A DNA stretch of 23,355 nucleotides from Candidatus Firestoneibacteriota bacterium (lineage in GTDB: Bacteria; Oederibacteriota; D2-FULL-39-29; JBBTED01): the NCBI GenBank assembly GCA_038042445.1, contig JBBTED010000086.1, positions 1 to 23,355 on the forward strand, given 5' to 3'. Shown piece after piece: positions 17,016-23,355 of this stretch (position 1 is the first letter of the stretch; the number at the start of each line of letters is the position of its first letter). The position numbers and the translations under genes were made by a program. The notes beneath the pieces were generated by a model. That model made no database searches. It worked only from the letters and a program-made list of their open reading frames with translations, and was not told the DNA's origin.

Positions 17016-18740
17016 TTATTGTTCTATATCAGCCATTGTTACACGCAACAATTCTTCAATAGTTGTAACACCTGCAAATACTTTTTTTATGCCAGCTTCA
17101 CGCAAAGTTACCATACCGTCTTTTCTTGCTACTTTTTTAATTTCAGTTCCAGGAGCTCTTTTCAAAACAACAGCCCTTAGATTATCTGTCATTGGCATAA
17201 CTTCATAAAGTGATAGTCTACCCTTATATCCAGTTTTTGAACATCTATCACACCCCATACCTCTATAGAGTATAAATTTTTCCTCGCCTTGTGGAATTAC
17301 ACCAAGCTCTCTAATAACTTCAGGAGAAACTTCATACGCTTCTTTACATTTCGGACATATTTTTCTAACTAATCTTTGGGCTATAACCATTACTACTGAC
17401 GAAGATATCAAAAATGGCTCTATTCCCATATTGTCCAAACGTGTCATTGCACCCGGAGCATCATTTGTATGTAATGTACTTAAAACCAAATGACCTGTAA
17501 GTGCAGCATTTATAGCAATACCGGCAGTTTCTTTATCTCTGATTTCTCCAACCATTATAATGTCTGGATCCTGACGTAAAAATGATTTTAATCCGTCTGC
17601 AAAAGTAAGGCCTGCTTTTGGATTTGCCTGAACCTGATTAATCCCTGACACAACAAATTCAACAGGATCTTCTATTGTAAGAATATTAACGTCAGGAAAA
17701 TTTAGTGTGGAAAGAGTTGAATACAATGTTGTAGATTTACCACTTCCTGTAGGACCTGTTACAAGAATCATACCATACGGAACTTCAATATTTTTTTTGA
17801 AAATTTGCAGTATGTCAGATTCAAATCCGAGTTGCCCAAGATCCAATTGTAAATTGCCTGTATCAAGAATACGTATAACTAATTTTTCACCAAAAACAGT
17901 CGGCAAAATTGACACACGCAAATCCACATCTTTGCCTGTAACCTTTATTTTAGCACGCCCATCCTGCGGTCTTCTTCTCTCAGCTATATCAAGCTGAGAC
18001 ATAATTTTTACTCTTGATATAATAGCTGCATGCATTCTTTTAGGAGGTGATTTGGTTTCATGCAATATTCCATCTATTCTATATCTAAGTCGTGATTTTT
18101 TTTCATAAGGTTCTAAATGAATATCCGATGCACCGGATTTTACAGCTTCGGAAAGCATTACATTAACAAGTTTAACTATAGGAGCATCTTCACTAGCAGC
18201 AGCAAGTTGTGAAGCATCCATTTCTTTTTCCCCTTCTAATACTTCCACGTCTTCAACATTTTCCAAATCTTTCATAACCTCTTCCATACCCTGAGTAGTT
18301 GTACTATAATATTTCAGTATTGCTTCTTTTATATCTGTTTCACTTGCTAATACCGGTTCTATTTCAAAACCAGTGCTTAATTTTATATCATCAAGTGCAG
18401 AAATATTTAAGGGATCAGCAATAGCGACAGTCAACTTATTGTTATTTTTAGCAATTGGTATCACACACTGCTTCAGCGCAACACCTTCAGGAACAGCTCT
18501 CACAACTTCTACATTTAATTCACCAAGTTCTGCTAAATTCACTGTTTTAATCCCCATCTGATTGCCAAGAAAAGCCAGTATTACTTCATCTGTAGCAAAA
18601 CCTAATTTAACTAATGCCTGTTCAAAACGAATTCCACTTGCTTTTTGTTCTTTAACTGCATCTTGAAGTTGTGCGTCAGTAATAACACCTTCATCTACAA
18701 GCATTTGAGAAAGCATTTCCCTCATTGTTTCTACTGCCAT
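17016..18740 (-). CDS. pilB: Type IV pilus extension ATPase PilB
   Basis: MshEN-like N-terminus, ASDIHLEP, PQDGR, Walker A, LRQDPD, CPKC..CDRC zinc site. Confidence 0.95.
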   Translation of the reverse strand: MAVETMREMLSQMLVDEGVITDAQLQDAVKEQKASGIRFEQALVKLGFATDEVILAFLGNQMGIKTVNLAELGELNVEVVRAVPEGVALKQCVIPIAKNNNKLTVAIADPLNISALDDIKLSTGFEIEPVLASETDIKEAILKYYSTTTQGMEEVMKDLENVEDVEVLEGEKEMDASQLAAASEDAPIVKLVNVMLSEAVKSGASDIHLEPYEKKSRLRYRIDGILHETKSPPKRMHAAIISRVKIMSQLDIAERRRPQDGRAKIKVTGKDVDLRVSILPTVFGEKLVIRILDTGNLQLDLGQLGFESDILQIFKKNIEVPYGMILVTGPTGSGKSTTLYSTLSTLNFPDVNILTIEDPVEFVVSGINQVQANPKAGLTFADGLKSFLRQDPDIIMVGEIRDKETAGIAINAALTGHLVLSTLHTNDAPGAMTRLDNMGIEPFLISSSVVMVIAQRLVRKICPKCKEAYEVSPEVIRELGVIPQGEEKFILYRGMGCDRCSKTGYKGRLSLYEVMPMTDNLRAVVLKRAPGTEIKKVARKDGMVTLREAGIKKVFAGVTTIEELLRVTMADIEQ

Positions 18741-18801
18741 ATTTCATCACCTCTTAATTTTTTAACTATGGTCTGTCTTTTTCCACCAGACCATAAATAG
18801 T

Positions 18802-18830
18802 ATTATACAAATTTCAAAATGAGTTGACAA
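18802..18830 (-). promoter_or_regulatory. Sigma70 promoter for pilB-pilT-pilC
   Basis: Minus strand TTGTCA-17-TATAAT. Confidence 0.7.
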
Positions 18831-18853
18831 TACAATTATATTGGGTGTATACT
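18824..18853 (+). promoter_or_regulatory. Sigma70 promoter for the barrel-TPR-cyclase operon
   Basis: TTGACA-18-TATACT. Confidence 0.65.
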
Positions 18854-18863
18854 TATAAAAATC

Positions 18864-18914
18864 GTAGGGGCGAGTTTACTCGCCCAGTAAATGGGCAGGT
18901 AAACCTGCCCCTAC
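18864..18914. repeat. GTAG REP doublet (REPIN-like)
   Basis: GTAGGGGCGAGTTTACTCGCCC ... GGGCAGGTAAACCTGCCCCTAC. Confidence 0.88.
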
Positions 18915-18929
18915 TAATATTTAAATTAT

Positions 18930-20147
18930 ATGTTCAAAATATTAAGTAGTATTCTTATAATTTTATTTATAGCCGGTAATGTTTTAGCCGTAAATTGGGG
19001 ATTTGTTGGTGCAGGTGCACGTTCATCAGGAATGGGTGGAGCTTTTATAGCTGTAGCGGATGATGCAACTGCAATTTTCTGGAATCCTGCAGGATTAACA
19101 CATCTAAGACGTGAAGAAATATCTTTAGTTAGCAGACTTGAAAACGGAACATGGAACGTGCCTGCAGATGAACAAGAGCTTTCCACACCTGAATCTACAA
19201 GCAGTTTATCACTAAATTTTGCCAGTTTTGCATATCCTATAAAACTTGGAAACCGAAATTTTGTATTAGCAACAGGAGTAACAAATATTTTAGATTTTGC
19301 CTATAACTGGAGAAGTACAAACAATGTCAATAACCCAGGAGAAAAATTAACATTCATTGAAAATAATAGTGGTAAAGTATATCAAATGTTTGTTGGCGCT
19401 GCAATAGATGTTCTACCTGACATTGCTTTTGGAACCACATTTAACTGGCATTTTGGAGACGTGTTTTATAAAGGAATAGAATATAATTCTGCAAGTGTAA
19501 TATCCCAAAAACAAAACACCCAGGCAAGTTTTTCTGCTGGAGCAAGCTCCACATTTGGTGTATTTATTGATCTTTCATCAAAATTACATTTTGGAAGTGT
19601 TGTAAAAATACGACTTAAAGATGTAGAAAATAATTTTGAAATAGAATCACTATATAATCCTACTTATTATAGTTATACTAATCAAAATTTTAAATTTGGT
19701 GGGACTTCCAATTTGTCATTTCCTGCAACTTATGGTGCCGGAATTTCATGGACACCAAGTGATGTCCTAACATTTGATATAGATTATGATTTAATAAAAT
19801 GGAGTAATTACAAAACTAATGGCGCAACTCCAAAGCACTTGAATGGAATAGAAAAATTTATAGATATTACACAATGGCATTTTGGGCTTGAGTTTCTTCT
19901 CTCAAAAAACTTCTTAAATGACTACCCAATGCCTATAAGATTAGGTGCATATACTGATCCAAATCCGCAACAGAGTGAAAATAAAAAGTTTACAAACACA
20001 ACATTTTTCACATTTGGATTTGGAATTCCTCTTGAATCAGGACAATTAGATTTTTCTTTAGAATATGGCAGACGTGATTATTTTGGAATAGGCAAATATT
20101 ATGAAAATATCGTAAGAGGCATCAGTTCTTTAATTTTCAGATTATAA
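18930..20147 (+). CDS. FadL/OmpP1/PorV-like outer-membrane beta-barrel
   Basis: GARSSGMGGAFIAVADDATAIFWNPAGL, FGLEF..IRLG, amphipathic terminal strand. Confidence 0.82.
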   Translation: MFKILSSILIILFIAGNVLAVNWGFVGAGARSSGMGGAFIAVADDATAIFWNPAGLTHLRREEISLVSRLENGTWNVPADEQELSTPESTSSLSLNFASFAYPIKLGNRNFVLATGVTNILDFAYNWRSTNNVNNPGEKLTFIENNSGKVYQMFVGAAIDVLPDIAFGTTFNWHFGDVFYKGIEYNSASVISQKQNTQASFSAGASSTFGVFIDLSSKLHFGSVVKIRLKDVENNFEIESLYNPTYYSYTNQNFKFGGTSNLSFPATYGAGISWTPSDVLTFDIDYDLIKWSNYKTNGATPKHLNGIEKFIDITQWHFGLEFLLSKNFLNDYPMPIRLGAYTDPNPQQSENKKFTNTTFFTFGFGIPLESGQLDFSLEYGRRDYFGIGKYYENIVRGISSLIFRL

Positions 20148-21262
20148 TGAATAATTTTAAATTTAAAATTATTATAACCATAGCAAGTATTATTTTCCCT
20201 GTTACTTTTGCATATTGTGGCTTTCTTGAATGGTATGATTATTATAAAACAGCTGAGAAATATACAAAAGAAGAAAAATATAGAGAAGCATCTGATGAAT
20301 ACCAATTAGCAATAGAATTAAAGGACACTGAGAAAACAAAAGCTAAAACTTATGGAATGAATTTTGTGGACTATTTTCCTCACAGAGGTTTAGGAATTGC
20401 ATATTACAATCTAAAGGAATATCAAAAAGCAAAAGACGAACTTGAAATATCAATTAAAATTTCATCTACTGACATAGCAAAAGAATACTTAATGAAAATT
20501 GAACAAGTACTTATAAAAGAAACAAAAGTACAAGAACAGCTTGAAAAAGCTGTTTCATTATTTAAAAAGGGAAATCTTGACGAAAGCACTGCGGAAATGA
20601 ATGAAGTTCTAAAGTCAAATCCAGAAAATCTTGAAGCAAAAGGCTACATTGAAAGAGCAAATACAATTAAACAAGTAATGAATACATTGCCAAAATCAAA
20701 ACCAACTCAAACCACTAAAACTACTACTGCACCAAAAACTGAGGATAAAAAAATTCTTGATGATTTTAAAATATTAGTAAAATCAAATTATAATAAAGCT
20801 ATTGAACTGTCCAATAGAGGAGAATATAAAAAAGCTATAGCATCACTGGAAGATACATTAACAATCATAGAAAGAAAAGAAGGTTTGGACAAAGAAATAA
20901 CATCAACTAAAGAACAAATAACTCAAATAAACATAAAACTTTCTGATCTAAAAAATAAATATGTCAGTGATGCAAAAAAATCAAAAAATCTTTCAAAAGA
21001 AATTGAAATTTTAAAATCTGCAGTAAAAGCACTCCCTGAAACCAAAGAATTAAAAGATATGTTGTCAAAATCTGAAGCAAAAATATCAAAAGAAGTGGTA
21101 AAATTATATTTTAAAGGTGTTGATTTATATTCTGCTGATAAATTTTCTGAAGCAATATCTGTATGGAAAGAAGCATTAGAACTTAATCCAGATCACACAC
21201 GTATAAAAACTGACATTGCACGTGCCGAAGATAAATTAAAAAGTTTAATGAAAGTGAAATAA
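20147..21262 (+). CDS. Exported TPR-repeat protein
   Basis: Signal peptide; TPRs (LGIAYYNLKEYQKAK, EAISVWKEALELNPDH); 1-nt overlap with the barrel stop. Confidence 0.85.
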   Translation: MNNFKFKIIITIASIIFPVTFAYCGFLEWYDYYKTAEKYTKEEKYREASDEYQLAIELKDTEKTKAKTYGMNFVDYFPHRGLGIAYYNLKEYQKAKDELEISIKISSTDIAKEYLMKIEQVLIKETKVQEQLEKAVSLFKKGNLDESTAEMNEVLKSNPENLEAKGYIERANTIKQVMNTLPKSKPTQTTKTTTAPKTEDKKILDDFKILVKSNYNKAIELSNRGEYKKAIASLEDTLTIIERKEGLDKEITSTKEQITQINIKLSDLKNKYVSDAKKSKNLSKEIEILKSAVKALPETKELKDMLSKSEAKISKEVVKLYFKGVDLYSADKFSEAISVWKEALELNPDHTRIKTDIARAEDKLKSLMKVK

Positions 21263-21285
21263 AATTTTATAGATAAAATTTTATT

Positions 21286-21363
21286 TCACCCTGAACTTGT
21301 TTCAGGGTCTAATGAGATGCCGAAACAATACTGAAACAAGTTCAGCACATGGTTCGGCATGAC
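21286..21363. repeat. TCACCCTGAACTTGTTTCAGGGTCT / AGATGCCGAA..TTCGGCATGAC REP doublet with a nested third unit
   Basis: CTGAAACAAGTTCAG sits inside the loop of the second unit. Confidence 0.85.
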
Positions 21364-21381
21364 AATTTAGTAGGATCTCTT

Positions 21382-22791
21382 ATGAAACTAGGTCTAAAGT
21401 GGAAAATAACTCTTCTTATTGTTTCTTTACTTTTAATTGTAGTTATTGCTGTCCGCTTCATAGTTGTTGAAAAAATGCGATTAGCATTAACAAAAGAAGT
21501 AATTGAGAGTGGTAAATCAATTGCAAAAAATATGGCAAGACCCACAAAAGATGCATTACTTGGTGGAGAATTAGGGCCTGATTATCTAACTTTAGGAATA
21601 CTTGCCAGCCAGGCAACAGAACAGACAAATATTGTTTATGCATATGTTATAGACTCAGAAAATATAGTTCGTGCATATGCCGATAAATCGGCAACTACAA
21701 AAGCTGAAGAAGTGCGAAATAAACCATATAAAACCCCACAAGAATTAATTGAATATTCCAATGAAGGAGGAGTTAGAATTTTAAAAGATAATATAAATGG
21801 TATTTATGAGGTAGAAGTTCCTCTTAAAGTTGCTGAAAAAGATATAGGAAAAGTGAAAATTGGTTTATCTCAGGAAGGAATAAAAAACGCTGTGCGACAA
21901 ACTGTAAACATAGCAGTTAGAGTAACTTTAGGTATTTTAGCTATTGGAATAATTGGTGCCTTTTTGCTTGGCAATTATCTGGTTGGCCCAATAAAGAATC
22001 TGTTGGAAGGAGTTACAGAAATAGGAACTGGAAATTTTGACTACAAAGTAGCTGTTCAATCCCGTGACGAACTTGGAGACTTAACAAATGCATTCAATAA
22101 AATGGCAAAGGGATTAAAAGAGCGGGAAACTATAAAAGATGCCTTTAGCAGATATGTATCACATGACGTATTAAATCAGGTTTTAAAAAATAAAATACAA
22201 CTTGGTGGAGAAAGAAAATTAGCTACTATATTATTTTCAGATATCAGAGATTTCACAACAATGGCAGAAAGTTTAAAACCAGAATTAGTCGTAGAAATTC
22301 TAAATGAATATTTTACAGTTATGACAGACGTGATATTCAAGAATGAAGGCACAGTTGATAAATTTATAGGTGATGGAATCCTTGCAGTATTTGGTTTACC
22401 TATTGCGCATGAAGATGACCCAAAAAGAACAGTCCAAGCTGCAATAGAAATGCAAAGTGAATTAAACAAACTACATGAAAAATGGAAAAACGAAGGTAAA
22501 CCGCAGTTTAAAATCGGAATAGGAATAAACACTACTGAAGTAATTGTAGGAAACATCGGCTCTACAAAAAGAATGGAATATACTGTTATAGGTGATGGTG
22601 TAAATACAACTGCAAGAATAGAAAGTTTAAATAAAAACTATGGCACTACAATATTAATCAGTGACAATACATACGACATTGTAAAAGATTATTTTGTATT
22701 CAATGACTTAGGAGAAGCACAGGTAAAAGGCAAAAAAGACACTGTGCATATCTACGAAGTTAAAGGCTACAAGCAGGAAAATAAAACATAA
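21382..22791 (+). CDS. Membrane class III adenylate cyclase (TM-periplasmic sensor-TM-HAMP-cyclase)
   Basis: SRDELGDL HAMP, FSDIRDFT, DKFIGD (Lys, ATP-type), EYTVIGDGVNTTARIE; ATG 21382 preferred because the 21349 start lies in a repeat. Confidence 0.92.
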   Translation: MKLGLKWKITLLIVSLLLIVVIAVRFIVVEKMRLALTKEVIESGKSIAKNMARPTKDALLGGELGPDYLTLGILASQATEQTNIVYAYVIDSENIVRAYADKSATTKAEEVRNKPYKTPQELIEYSNEGGVRILKDNINGIYEVEVPLKVAEKDIGKVKIGLSQEGIKNAVRQTVNIAVRVTLGILAIGIIGAFLLGNYLVGPIKNLLEGVTEIGTGNFDYKVAVQSRDELGDLTNAFNKMAKGLKERETIKDAFSRYVSHDVLNQVLKNKIQLGGERKLATILFSDIRDFTTMAESLKPELVVEILNEYFTVMTDVIFKNEGTVDKFIGDGILAVFGLPIAHEDDPKRTVQAAIEMQSELNKLHEKWKNEGKPQFKIGIGINTTEVIVGNIGSTKRMEYTVIGDGVNTTARIESLNKNYGTTILISDNTYDIVKDYFVFNDLGEAQVKGKKDTVHIYEVKGYKQENKT

Positions 22792-23355
22792 TCACCAGCT
22801 GAAATTGAAATATTTAAATCCTTTAACTCGTTATTATTAATTAATTCTTCCCACACTGACACTGTAGTCAGAAAAAATTTATTTTCACCTTTGCTAATTT
22901 TTTCATTTAGAATCTCAATATTCATAACTGGCCTTGTAAGTGATCTGTCCGAGTAAAACAAAAATGGCAATTGAGTGAACCAATAATCATCAATTTTATA
23001 TAATAAAACTTTTTCATCAGGATTTATATTTGCTTTTGCATAAGCTGCAATTTTTTTCATATCTGCATTCCTGTTCCAATCCAAACGTATTGGAGTACAA
23101 GTTATTATTAAATTGGCAATAATACAAAAAGCTATAACTCCCTTTATGATATTTAATTTAATCTTTTCAGAAAACCAAGTATCAATCATTTTTGCATTAA
23201 TTATAGCAAAACAGGGAAAAAGCGACATAAGATACCATTGTTTTTTCGCTATTGCAAGACTTAATATACCAAAAGTTATTCCACACCATAAAACCAAAAG
23301 CGCTGCAGAATAATCGCGTTTTGAAATATAATCTTTCAATAATCTAAAGAATCCG
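22767..23355 (-). CDS. C-terminal part of a polytopic membrane protein, likely ArnT/GT39-like glycosyltransferase (5' truncated)
   Basis: Frame open to the window edge; W..I.FGILSLAIAKKQWYLMSLFP resembles the ArnT K..Y.LP motif; FY motif in the soluble tail. Confidence 0.65.
   Translation of the reverse strand, partial: GFFRLLKDYISKRDYSAALLVLWCGITFGILSLAIAKKQWYLMSLFPCFAIINAKMIDTWFSEKIKLNIIKGVIAFCIIANLIITCTPIRLDWNRNADMKKIAAYAKANINPDEKVLLYKIDDYWFTQLPFLFYSDRSLTRPVMNIEILNEKISKGENKFFLTTVSVWEELINNNELKDLNISISAGDYVLFSCL

Noticed and set aside
21349..21381. Upstream start for the adenylate cyclase
   Set aside because: Lies within the REP; ATG 21382 follows AGGA.

Overview
AT-rich bacterial chromosome segment from a diderm organism (outer-membrane barrels, lipoprotein, type IV pilus). 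Gene content, left to right: a minus-strand run (prepilin-like peptide, galT, apgM, DUF362 Fe-S protein, DUF559 endonuclease); a four-gene ECF sigma/anti-sigma islet with two matching ECF promoters; an envelope cluster (FlgT-N-like lipoprotein, FecR fusion, FadL/PorV-like barrel, PpiC PPIase); tRNA-Phe; lipA; a GAF-GGDEF cyclase; a YkuK-like RNase H-fold protein; pilC, pilT and pilB (minus strand); a divergent barrel-TPR-adenylate cyclase operon; and a partial ArnT-like glycosyltransferase. The most striking signal is non-coding. Most intergenic gaps hold short palindromic repeats of several distinct families. Three REP doublets are wrapped in separate outer terminal inverted repeats. One of these has an 8-bp target duplication and an empty sibling copy elsewhere in the window. 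One repeat family is fused to the DUF559 gene, and two REP ends carry perfect 17-18 bp fold-back duplications. All family names come from motif recognition; no database search was run.
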